A stretch of DNA of 32,000 nucleotides. It comes from Psychrobacter cryohalolentis K5. Its GTDB lineage: Bacteria; Pseudomonadota; Gammaproteobacteria; Pseudomonadales; Moraxellaceae. The position numbers and the translations under genes are program-made. Shown piece after piece: positions 1-16,728 of the stretch (its first letter is position 1; every line of letters starts with the position of its first letter). Below the pieces are notes generated by a model. It saw only the letters and a list, made by a program, of their open reading frames with translations. It had not been told where the DNA came from and did no database searches. The DNA lies in assembly GCF_000013905.1 (NCBI RefSeq), contig NC_007969.1, forward strand, positions 2,970,001 to 3,002,000, in the 5' to 3' direction.

Positions 1-174
1 GAGGGGTTCTTTGGTACCCTAAAGTGTGAGACGATTTATATTGAAAAGCCTAATTCGATTGAAGGTTTAGAGAAACAGATTCATGAGTATATTCACTACT
101 ATAATCATGAAAGAATTCAACTCAAACTAAAAGGACTGAGTCCTGTTAAGTACAGAACTCAGTCCTTGATATAA
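1..174 (+). CDS. IS3-family (IS150-group-like) transposase OrfB, C-terminal fragment; the 5' part lies outside the window
   Basis: Frame +1 is open from base 1 to TAA at 172-174. It reads EGFFGTLKCETIYIEKPNSIEGLEKQIHEYIHYYNHERIQLKLKGLSPVKYRTQSLI. The YYNxxR...L.G.SP..YR tail is the conserved C-terminus of IS3-type DDE transposases. It is absent from the ORF track because it has no start codon in the window. Confidence 0.8.
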   Translation, partial: EGFFGTLKCETIYIEKPNSIEGLEKQIHEYIHYYNHERIQLKLKGLSPVKYRTQSLI

Positions 175-206
175 ACTAAACCGTCCAACATTTGGGGGTC
201 AGTTCA
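1..206 (+). mobile_element. Right end of an IS3-family insertion sequence (partial)
   Basis: The transposase 3' end is followed by a terminal sequence ending ...GGGGGTCAGTTCA at 206. The reverse complement of 179-206 is TGAACTGACCCCCAAATGTTGGACGGTT. This has the TG...CA ends typical of IS3 and, from memory, resembles the IS150 terminal inverted repeat. Confidence 0.65.
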
Positions 207-250
207 TATCAGGGGTTTTTTATAAATATAATCTGCTACTGCTTAAAAAA

Positions 251-985
251 CTACTCCGCTGATTTATTAACGTCCTGTAGCGGCTGCGATAAACGCTCAG
301 GATGTCTTGGAATTACACCTTGATATTGAGCATATATTTTTGGCAAATCGGCTTCGATATCTCCGGTAGGATAGACCAAAGGCATAAAGCGTATCTCTTT
401 GGTATTGTAATCCAGCGCCACTGGCAAGATTGGCACACCGGCACCCACTGCTAAATAATAAAAGCCTGACTTCCAATTTTTGGTGTACTGACGCGTACCT
501 TCTGGCGACAACCCCAAAAATAATGGCTCACCTGTTTTAAATTTATCAATACTCGCTTGTAATACGGAGCCTTTATTACGGCGATCAATCGGAACAATAC
601 CTATCCAATGCAGCAATTGTGCAAGGACCGGCACCTTAAACAAGGTGTGTTTGCCCATAATACTAATTTTCAAATCGAGCGCAAACAAACTAGGTATCGC
701 ATATACACCGTCGATATTTGATGTATGCGGAAGCGCTAGCACCACCGCCTGTGGAATATTTGCTATCTCACCAACGGTACGCCAGCCAGCCGCTTTTAAG
801 AATGCAGACGCAATCACTGGCGCAATCTTGTTGCCGCGTCTAGGAACCAAATTCCCAAGCTGTTTTTTATTGAGACTTGGTAATATTTTAGAGCGTTGCG
901 GCTTAGCACTGTTAGCATTAGAGCGATTAAATAATTTTGATGTCATAACGGCACCATGTAGTAGAAGATATCCATATAATACCAT
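251..985 (-). CDS. Lysophospholipid (1-acyl-sn-glycerol-3-phosphate, PlsC-like) acyltransferase family protein
   Basis: 244-aa ORF with the acyltransferase H(X)4D motif (PHTSNIDG) and the downstream GLSPEGTR motif. The start is uncertain: the ATG at 946 (MTSKLF...) is an equally plausible start. Confidence 0.75.
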   Translation of the reverse strand: MVLYGYLLLHGAVMTSKLFNRSNANSAKPQRSKILPSLNKKQLGNLVPRRGNKIAPVIASAFLKAAGWRTVGEIANIPQAVVLALPHTSNIDGVYAIPSLFALDLKISIMGKHTLFKVPVLAQLLHWIGIVPIDRRNKGSVLQASIDKFKTGEPLFLGLSPEGTRQYTKNWKSGFYYLAVGAGVPILPVALDYNTKEIRFMPLVYPTGDIEADLPKIYAQYQGVIPRHPERLSQPLQDVNKSAE

Positions 986-1080
986 TAAGCTGGTATCACT
1001 AATCTGGATTTTACATGCTTTTGTTATGTTATAGCTTACTCAATCATGATTATAAATAATGCTAAGCGTCCTAAAAATAG

Positions 1081-2967
1081 CTATGAGATATCGGCTAGAT
1101 TACCTTTATCTTCTAGCCATATCTTACGATCAGCAGCACGCTTTTTGGCTAGCAGCATATCCATCACACTGTTGGTTAGTACCATGTCATCCATATCCAA
1201 TTGGACTAGACGGCGTGTATCACGGTTCATGGTCGTTTCACGCAGCTGCTCGGCACTCATCTCACCCAAGCCTTTAAAACGTGTGATTTGGGCTTTTTTA
1301 TTGCCCGGTACATTGGCTAAAATATGCTGAAGCTCGGTTTCATCTAACGCATAATGCACTTCTTTAGCCACATCGACGCGATAGAGTGGCGGCATTGCGA
1401 CAAATAAATGACCAGCATCGACTAAGGCAGGAAAGTGCTTCACGAATAGCGCACAGATCAAGGTAGCAATATGCAGTCCATCAGAATCGGCATCCGCTAG
1501 GATGCATACCTTGTCATAACGTAGCTCAGATAAATCGTCAGATGCCGGATCAACGCCAATGGCAATCGCAATATCATGAATTTCTTGACTCGAGAGCACT
1601 GTATCTGATGAGACCTCCCACGTATTTAAGATCTTACCACGCAAGGGTAGAATCGCTTGGTAATGACGATCACGTGCTTGCTTCGCACTACCACCCGCAG
1701 AATCCCCTTCTACCAAAAACAGCTCAGCCCCATCACGCAAATCACCGCGGCAATCTGCCAATTTACCGGGCAATGCTGGCCCCTGAGTGATTTTCTTACG
1801 AGCGACTTTTTTTGCCGATTTTAAACGACGTCCTGCTTTGCTAATTGCCAATTCGGCAATTTGCGTACCCATATCGGCATGTTGGTTTAGCCAAAGACTA
1901 AAGGCATCTTTTGCCAATGTCTGCACGGCTCCTGCAGCCTCACGGCTAGATAAGCGCTCTTTGGTCTGTCCAGAAAACTGCGGCTCAGAGAACTTAAGAG
2001 ACAGGATATAGTTCACCCCATCCCAGACATCTTCTGCGGTTAGCTTTACACTACGCGGTAGTAAATTATGGATATCGCAGAACTCACGCAAGGCTTCTAA
2101 GATACCCGTGCGCAGTCCATTGACGTGCGTACCGCCCTGAGCTGTAGGAATCAGGTTTACATAACTTTCTTGAACTGGCGTCCCACCATCAGGCAACCAA
2201 GACAATGCAAAGGTAATAGCAGCTCGTTCACCCGCTTTAGCATCGTAATTATAATAGAATGGCGCTTCAGGTAATGTCTCAAGACCATCTAACTGTTCGC
2301 TTAAATACTCGACCACCCCATCAGTAAACTGCCAAACCACCTTTTCATCATTAATATCATCGGTGAATTCAATCGTCAGTCCAGCTGCCAAAACCGCCTT
2401 GGCTTTCAAATTATGCTTGAGCTGCTTTACATTAAATTTTGGCGTATCAAAGAAACTACCATCTGCCCAAAAGTGCACTTTAGTACCGCGTTTGCGCTTA
2501 TTTGAGCTAACCGCTTCGGTCAACGGCGTAACGGGCGCACCATTTTCAAACGCCATATCAAACTGTGTGCTATCACGCCATACCGTAACCTCAACACGCG
2601 TTGATAGCGCATTGACGACAGAGATACCCACGCCATGCAAGCCACCTGACACCTCATAATTGGAAGTCGAAAATTTCCCACCTGCATGCAAACGAGTTAA
2701 AATCAGCTCAATCCCTGATTGGTTAAATTCAGGATGAATATCTGTTGGCATACCGCGTCCATCATCTTCGACAGACAACGAGCCATCACTATGCAGTTGC
2801 ACTTTGATGGTTTTAGCATAACCCGCTAACGCCTCATCAACCGAGTTATCAATGACCTCTTGCGCCAAATGGTTCGGGCGCGTGGTATCGGTGTACATAC
2901 CTGGACGACGACGGACTGGCTCAAGACCTTCTAAAACTTCTAACGATTGCGCATTATATTGACTCAC
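1081..2967 (-). CDS. parE: DNA topoisomerase IV subunit B
   Basis: 628 aa. The N-terminus LEVLEGLEPVRRRPGMYTDTTRPNHLAQEVIDNSVDEALAGYA is near-identical to E. coli ParE. The length matches ParE (~630 aa) rather than GyrB (~800 aa). GTG start with AAGGA 8 nt upstream. A yqiA homologue lies immediately upstream, as in E. coli. Confidence 0.95.
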   Translation of the reverse strand: MSQYNAQSLEVLEGLEPVRRRPGMYTDTTRPNHLAQEVIDNSVDEALAGYAKTIKVQLHSDGSLSVEDDGRGMPTDIHPEFNQSGIELILTRLHAGGKFSTSNYEVSGGLHGVGISVVNALSTRVEVTVWRDSTQFDMAFENGAPVTPLTEAVSSNKRKRGTKVHFWADGSFFDTPKFNVKQLKHNLKAKAVLAAGLTIEFTDDINDEKVVWQFTDGVVEYLSEQLDGLETLPEAPFYYNYDAKAGERAAITFALSWLPDGGTPVQESYVNLIPTAQGGTHVNGLRTGILEALREFCDIHNLLPRSVKLTAEDVWDGVNYILSLKFSEPQFSGQTKERLSSREAAGAVQTLAKDAFSLWLNQHADMGTQIAELAISKAGRRLKSAKKVARKKITQGPALPGKLADCRGDLRDGAELFLVEGDSAGGSAKQARDRHYQAILPLRGKILNTWEVSSDTVLSSQEIHDIAIAIGVDPASDDLSELRYDKVCILADADSDGLHIATLICALFVKHFPALVDAGHLFVAMPPLYRVDVAKEVHYALDETELQHILANVPGNKKAQITRFKGLGEMSAEQLRETTMNRDTRRLVQLDMDDMVLTNSVMDMLLAKKRAADRKIWLEDKGNLADIS

Positions 2968-3077
2968 AAATGCATCCTTAACTGTTCGCGTGCGTTTAAT
3001 TCTATTAAACCATTATAACGAAAAATAGCGACATTAACGTTAACAGTCCATCGCTTACGTCATATAATGTCGTCTGT

Positions 3078-3710
3078 TTAGACCCGTCCTAAATCTTGTA
3101 GCATATCTATCACCATTGGCAACTGTTTATCAAAGTCACTAAATCTATGATCACCACCTGCTTGCACCGTTACTGATGCGCCCTGACTCCGATAAAAAGC
3201 TTTAGACAATTCAGAATTTAACAGCTCATCGCCTTTTTTCAGTAGCACAGCGACTTTATCGGGATAATTTACTGCTAAAAGTTGATGTTCTGCAAACCAT
3301 TGTAAATCTGAGGGAGTAATATTCCAGCCGCCCGCCGTCGTATGCAGGACTTTGTTATTAGGTAACCCATCACTGCTATCTCGATTTGATATCGATGCAT
3401 TATAAAAACGCTGTAGGGTGATATGAGGCTGAGTACTGGGATTTAGCAGTAACGCTGGGCAGCCTAGATGGTTGCTTATTAATGTGGAAAAATAACCACC
3501 TAATGAGCTACCGATCAGTACAGTTTTAGCACCTTTATTTAATTCGGTTACCAATTTAACTAACTGCTCAAAAACTTGCTCAGGAGCACTATTCAGGTTA
3601 GGACGATAAACATTGATATCAGAATGGTGCTGATGGCAATAATCCTCTAGCAACCTACCTTTGGTAGAGTTCGCATCACTGTCCAGTCCATGGATATAAA
3701 TCAGGTTCAC
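3078..3710 (-). CDS. yqiA: YqiA-family alpha/beta esterase (UPF0227)
   Basis: 210 aa. It has LIYIHGLDS at the N-terminus, the nucleophile elbow GSSLGGYF, and a C-terminal GGDHRF. All three parallel E. coli YqiA (YLHGFNS, GSSLGGYY, GGNHAF). The position upstream of parE is conserved. Confidence 0.85.
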   Translation of the reverse strand: MNLIYIHGLDSDANSTKGRLLEDYCHQHHSDINVYRPNLNSAPEQVFEQLVKLVTELNKGAKTVLIGSSLGGYFSTLISNHLGCPALLLNPSTQPHITLQRFYNASISNRDSSDGLPNNKVLHTTAGGWNITPSDLQWFAEHQLLAVNYPDKVAVLLKKGDELLNSELSKAFYRSQGASVTVQAGGDHRFSDFDKQLPMVIDMLQDLGRV

Positions 3711-3898
3711 GTATCATCTCACTTATTAATTTTGTTATGATTATCTTATATAGGCTAGTGAAGCTAAGCATAGCACCCGCTAGACAAAAGTAATAACAAT
3801 AAAACGGCACACTATTAGTCAGTATTTGCGACATAAGAATGTTGTCATAGTGATTGTATGCAGGTCAAAGGAATGACGGTAATAGCAATGGAGTCGCC

Positions 3899-4159
3899 AT
3901 GAACCAACAGTTTGAACTGTTTGATATCACCAATCCATGTATTGGTGTTTGCACGAGCAATAAAAAAGGCTATTGCTTTGGTTGCCTGCGCAGTCGTCCT
4001 GAGCGTCAGTTATGGCATGAGATGACGACTGAACAGCGTCGTGAAGTGCTACGGCTCATCGTTGGGCGTAAACAGCGTATTGAACAGATGAGACAGCGTA
4101 AAGGAGAGCAGTTAGGATTTGATTTTGAAGACACAGCAGAAGCAGGTAAGCTTTTCTAA
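3899..4159 (+). CDS. DUF1289 domain protein (small cysteine-rich, putative Fe-S/metal-binding)
   Basis: PCIGVCTSNKKGYCFGCLRSRPERQLW is the characteristic DUF1289 CxxxC...CxxC pattern. I prefer the ATG at 3899 (GGAG at 3890-3893) over the ORF-track start at 3854. Confidence 0.75.
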   Translation: MNQQFELFDITNPCIGVCTSNKKGYCFGCLRSRPERQLWHEMTTEQRREVLRLIVGRKQRIEQMRQRKGEQLGFDFEDTAEAGKLF

Positions 4160-4250
4160 AAAGCTCATGATAACGCCTCACTAGGATACGTACTCTAAAC
4201 TGAATAAATCAGCGCGATTATCCGATAAACCCCACCCTTTCCAAACCGCA

Positions 4251-4288
4251 CACGAAAGAAAACCCCCTTTGCATAAGCAAAGGGGGTT
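4251..4288 (-). terminator. rrn operon rho-independent terminator (copy A)
   Basis: On the minus strand: AACCCCCTTTGC-TTAT-GCAAAGGGGGTT hairpin followed by TTCTTTCG, starting 16 nt after the 5S 3' end. On the plus strand it may also stop the DUF1289 transcript, but the T-tract there is weak. Confidence 0.75.
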
Positions 4289-4303
4289 TATCTAGGAATA
4301 GAG

Positions 4304-4418
4304 AGCTGACGATGACCTACTCTCACATGGGCAAACCACACTACCATTGGCGCGACGATGTTTCACTTCTGAGTTCGGGAAGGGATCAGGTGGTTCCATC
4401 GTGCTATTGTCGTCAGCA
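4304..4418 (-). rRNA. rrf: 5S ribosomal RNA (copy A)
   Basis: The reverse complement reads GCUGACGACAAUAGCACGAUGGAACCACCUGAUCCCUUCCCGAACUCAGAAGUGAAACAUCGUCGCGCCAAUGGUAGUGUGG...GAGAGUAGGUCAUCGUCAGC. It aligns along its whole length with E. coli 5S, and helix I closes as GCUGACGA/UCGUCAGC. Confidence 0.93.
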
Positions 4419-4599
4419 AAGGGGGTTAGATATGAGTCTGTTATTATTGTTTTGACGTCAAGATATTATCTATTGGTCGACCAACTTGTAACCTAACTGA
4501 ATCAAGGTTAAAGGTGATATCGAAATTATATATATTCTATAGCCTAGGCTATACAAGATAGATTAATTAGAGCTTTCATACAAACCACTTGGGTGTTGT

Positions 4600-7461
<2,862 letters not shown>

Positions 7462-7839
7462 ATACAACCCCAAGTAGTCTTTCTCTAACCTTTATTACTA
7501 AAGATAGGAGTTAGATTTCTAAGTGCTATATAAGCCTAATTATGATAACGATATCACCTAATTTTATACGCTTGATTCAGTTCTCTTTACTTTTTTAATA
7601 ACTCACTACTGGGATAACAACTGATGTCGTTAAGTAGTGAGTTATTAAGGTTAGAAACAACGCGTGAACACGTGTTCCTAACCCAGACTCATATCTATGT
7701 TTTTAAATAGTCTCTGTGCTCTCGTCGAGTCACAGATTCTGTATAAAACAGAAAGAAGTAATCTTGTCTTTGTTAAGACGAATCACTTGTTTCTATTTGA
7801 TACCTATTTATTTATTAGCATCTAAAGAAGTTTATTATG

Positions 7840-7915
7840 TGGTGGAGCCAAACGGAGTCGAACCGTTGACCTCCTGCGTGCAAGGCAGGCGCTCTACCAA
7901 CTGAGCTATGGCCCC
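7840..7915 (-). tRNA. tRNA-Ala (anticodon UGC), spacer tRNA
   Basis: The reverse complement is GGGGCCATAGCTCAGTTGGTAGAGCGCCTGCCTTGCACGCAGGAGGTCAACGGTTCGACTCCGTTTGGCTCCACCA. It has a G3:U70 pair, a CTTGCAC anticodon loop and an encoded CCA. Confidence 0.97.
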
Positions 7916-7921
7916 TAATAA

Positions 7922-7998
7922 TGGTAGGCCTGGGCAGACTTGAACTGCCGACCCCCGCGTTATCAACACGGTGCTCTAACCAGCTGAGCTACAGGCCT
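7922..7998 (-). tRNA. tRNA-Ile (anticodon GAU), spacer tRNA
   Basis: The reverse complement is AGGCCTGTAGCTCAGCTGGTTAGAGCACCGTGTTGATAACGCGGGGGTCGGCAGTTCAAGTCTGCCCAGGCCTACCA. Anticodon GAT, encoded CCA. Confidence 0.97.
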
Positions 7999-8083
7999 GT
8001 ACGAGGCATATACCTCTAGCTAATAAACTAGCTTAAACTAAAGAACAACTTGTTGTGAATTCTTGCTGACCGAATGCCATCTA

Positions 8084-9622
<1,539 letters not shown>

Positions 9623-9932
9623 AATCTTGCTATGAAGTCCTTTAAAGAGACTTCTAAACTTGGCTCATCTAATCTGGCAAAATCGCTAAAAATTATGTTC
9701 GTAATGAATTAACTTTGAGTTTTTTTACTGTCTTAAATGATAATTTTTATAGTTAGAATTCTATCGAAAAGATAGTCAACCAACTTTATTTTTTAGCATT
9801 CTGAATCAGCAAAAATCCACACAAGTTGTTCTTTAGTTATGCTTTTAAATAATGTCTCTACTGTCGTCCAGTAAGAGTATTCTTACTAAATATGCTAAAC
9901 CAATCTGGCTTATCCTATTTAGCGAGCTGACC

Positions 9933-9960
9933 ATCATATCATGTTTTAATAGTCTGTCAA
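9933..9960 (-). promoter_or_regulatory. rrn P2-like sigma70 promoter (copy A)
   Basis: Minus strand: TTGACA (9955-9960), 16-bp spacer, TATGAT (9933-9938). It lies about 112 bp downstream of P1 and about 310 nt upstream of the mature 16S 5' end. Confidence 0.5.
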
Positions 9961-10044
9961 CTTCTTTTCTTAATTTGTTTCAACTCGGTAATCTAAGTGA
10001 TAAGTTGGTTAACTTATTGCCTAGCTTCCTTTGCTGTGGGGCGT

Positions 10045-10072
10045 ATTATATAGATTCTGACTGGAGTGTCAA
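10045..10072 (-). promoter_or_regulatory. rrn P1-like sigma70 promoter with UP element and GC-rich discriminator (copy A)
   Basis: Minus strand: consensus TTGACA (10067-10072), 16-bp spacer, consensus TATAAT (10045-10050), then ACGCCCC. An A/T-rich tract (TTAAATTAGTTTAAAAACCTTTGATAAA) lies immediately upstream, as expected for a stringently controlled rRNA promoter. Confidence 0.7.
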
Positions 10073-10373
10073 CTGCTTTATCAAAGGTTTTTAAACTAAT
10101 TTAAGTAGGGTTTAAATAGTCGATATTTTTCAATGGGTTAGAGAAAATATTTATTTGGATGACTTTAGCTCTAACTGGTAAAGAACTATATAGATCGTCT
10201 ATTTAGCTGAAATTGATCCGCTTTAAGACTGTTATGAGCTTGGATAGCACTTTAAATATCATGTCATGAAACTCATTTAACCAGCTAAATAACTCACGAG
10301 CTCTAAAAAACGAACTCAAAGAAGTCTCTAAATCTTCAAATCAAATGAGAAATCCTCTTATTTCCAAACCGCA

Positions 10374-10411
10374 CACGAAAGAAAACCCCCTTTGCATAAG
10401 CAAAGGGGGTT
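10374..10411 (-). terminator. rrn operon rho-independent terminator (copy B)
   Basis: Identical to 4251-4288. Confidence 0.75.
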
Positions 10412-10426
10412 TATCTAGGAATAGAG

Positions 10427-10541
10427 AGCTGACGATGACCTACTCTCACATGGGCAAACCACACTACCATTGGCGCGACGATGTTTCACTTCTGAGTTCG
10501 GGAAGGGATCAGGTGGTTCCATCGTGCTATTGTCGTCAGCA
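10427..10541 (-). rRNA. rrf: 5S ribosomal RNA (copy B)
   Basis: Identical to 4304-4418. Confidence 0.93.
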
Positions 10542-10722
10542 AAGGGGGTTAGATATGAGTCTGTTATTATTGTTTTGACGTCAAGATATTATCTATTGGT
10601 CGACCAACTTGTAACCTAACTGAATCAAGGTTAAAGGTGATATCGAAATTATATATATTCTATAGCCTAGGCTATACAAGATAGATTAATTAGAGCTTTC
10701 ATACAAACCACTTGGGTGTTGT

Positions 10723-13584
<2,862 letters not shown>

Positions 13585-13962
13585 ATACAACCCCAAGTAG
13601 TCTTTCTCTAACCTTTATTACTAAAGATAGGAGTTAGATTTCTAAGTGCTATATAAGCCTAATTATGATAACGATATCACCTAATTTTATACGCTTGATT
13701 CAGTTCTCTTTACTTTTTTAATAACTCACTACTGGGATAACAACTGATGTCGTTAAGTAGTGAGTTATTAAGGTTAGAAACAACGCGTGAACACGTGTTC
13801 CTAACCCAGACTCATATCTATGTTTTTAAATAGTCTCTGTGCTCTCGTCGAGTCACAGATTCTGTATAAAACAGAAAGAAGTAATCTTGTCTTTGTTAAG
13901 ACGAATCACTTGTTTCTATTTGATACCTATTTATTTATTAGCATCTAAAGAAGTTTATTATG

Positions 13963-14038
13963 TGGTGGAGCCAAACGGAGTCGAACCGTTGACCTCCTGC
14001 GTGCAAGGCAGGCGCTCTACCAACTGAGCTATGGCCCC
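13963..14038 (-). tRNA. tRNA-Ala (anticodon UGC), spacer tRNA
   Basis: Identical to 7840-7915. Confidence 0.97.
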
Positions 14039-14044
14039 TAATAA

Positions 14045-14121
14045 TGGTAGGCCTGGGCAGACTTGAACTGCCGACCCCCGCGTTATCAACACGGTGCTCT
14101 AACCAGCTGAGCTACAGGCCT
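14045..14121 (-). tRNA. tRNA-Ile (anticodon GAU), spacer tRNA
   Basis: Identical to 7922-7998. Confidence 0.97.
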
Positions 14122-14206
14122 GTACGAGGCATATACCTCTAGCTAATAAACTAGCTTAAACTAAAGAACAACTTGTTGTGAATTCTTGCTGACCGAATGC
14201 CATCTA

Positions 14207-15745
<1,539 letters not shown>

Positions 15746-16055
15746 AATCTTGCTATGAAGTCCTTTAAAGAGACTTCTAAACTTGGCTCATCTAATCTGG
15801 CAAAATCGCTAAAAATTATGTTCGTAATGAATTAACTTTGAGTTTTTTTACTGTCTTAAATGATAATTTTTATAGTTAGAATTCTATCGAAAAGATAGTC
15901 AACCAACTTTATTTTTTAGCATTCTGAATCAGCAAAAATCCACACAAGTTGTTCTTTAGTTATGCTTTTAAATAATGTCTCTACTGTCGTCCAGTAAGAG
16001 TATTCTTACTAAATATGCTAAACCAATCTGGCTTATCCTATTTAGCGAGCTGACC

Positions 16056-16083
16056 ATCATATCATGTTTTAATAGTCTGTCAA
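16056..16083 (-). promoter_or_regulatory. rrn P2-like promoter (copy B)
   Basis: Identical to 9933-9960. Confidence 0.5.
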
Positions 16084-16167
16084 CTTCTTTTCTTAATTTG
16101 TTTCAACTCGGTAATCTAAGTGATAAGTTGGTTAACTTATTGCCTAGCTTCCTTTGCTGTGGGGCGT

Positions 16168-16195
16168 ATTATATAGATTCTGACTGGAGTGTCAA
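16168..16195 (-). promoter_or_regulatory. rrn P1-like promoter (copy B)
   Basis: Identical to 10045-10072. Confidence 0.7.
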
Positions 16196-16520
16196 CTGCT
16201 TTATCAAAGGTTTTTAAACTAATTTAAGTAGGGTTTAAATAGTCGATATTTTTCAACTACTTAACATACTAATTATCTTTACTGTCATTAAATAATGTTG
16301 TAAATGCACCTTTAGTCGTAAGTGACCCTATTTAATTATATTACCACTGCCTACTATCAATCTATTTTGAGTAGCTGCTTTATCGCTAAAAAGCCTTTTA
16401 TTTGAGTGCATTGATATTAGTACAGAAAGCACCTATATATGGAAACTTATTAACGACCATATAGATGGCTATTCATAACAGTCCCTACTCCCCATTTATC
16501 TAGTGTTAATAGACATTTTT

Positions 16521-16529
16521 TGCTATAAT
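16521..16529 (+). promoter_or_regulatory. Candidate extended -10 promoter for thrS
   Basis: TGcTATAAT (TG at 16521-16522, TATAAT at 16524-16529) with no good -35, about 200 nt upstream of the thrS ATG. A second TATAAT at 16649-16654 is an alternative. Neither can be confirmed from sequence. Confidence 0.3.
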
Positions 16530-16674
16530 AGCTGACTTTATAATATTACTTAATGGCACTTCGTTTATTAAGACTTAGCTAAGAAGCTGCTGCTTTGAGC
16601 CTTGCCTTTAAGTAATACCATCTCTTACAACATATCATAGTAATTAGATATAATTGACGCAGTCTTACGGTTAT

Positions 16675-16695
16675 ATGATTGATGGTTGCAATCAT
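16675..16695 (+). promoter_or_regulatory. Candidate thrS translational operator hairpin (tRNA-Thr anticodon-arm mimic)
   Basis: A 7-bp stem ATGATTG/CAATCAT closes the 7-nt loop AUGGUUG. As anticodon-loop positions 32-38 this puts U at 33 and GGU at 34-36. It ends 18 nt upstream of the SD (AAAGGTG, 16714-16720). Confidence 0.3.
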
Positions 16696-16728
16696 CACTG
16701 CCAACGGACGCAAAAAGGTGAATAGATT

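Noticed and set aside
645-1034. 129-aa plus-strand ORF
   Set aside because: It is almost entirely antisense to the acyltransferase gene, which has clear family motifs. It has no motif of its own.
1046-2659. Several 72-98-aa plus-strand ORFs inside parE
   Set aside because: They are antisense shadows of a highly conserved gene.
3854-3898. The upstream ORF-track start for the DUF1289 gene
   Set aside because: It has no RBS. The internal ATG at 3899 has GGAG at the proper spacing and gives the typical family length (~86 aa).
9639-9652. CTCTTTAAA on the minus strand just upstream of 16S, as a boxA antiterminator
   Set aside because: It is only a partial match to TGCTCTTTAACAA, and it sits about 20 nt from the mature 16S 5' end, which is not where leader boxA normally lies. 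The better boxA-like string (GUUGUUCUUUAGUU) forms part of the 16S processing stem in the ITS.
9852-10094. 80-aa ORF (and its twin at 15975-16217) in the only non-rRNA part of the repeat
   Set aside because: It lies antisense across the rrn P1/P2 promoters and leader. It has no RBS and a low-complexity Leu/Ser/Phe-rich composition typical of AT-rich non-coding DNA.
10345-10578. 77-aa ORF overlapping the terminator and 5S of copy B
   Set aside because: It reads through the 5S rRNA gene on the opposite strand. The equivalent stretch in copy A is not even open from the same start.
16257-16728. Possible replication origin at the divergent rrn/thrS junction
   Set aside because: I found no DnaA-box (TTATCCACA-like) clusters or 13-mer AT repeats, and no dnaA, dnaN or gidA nearby. 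It is simply a divergent promoter region.
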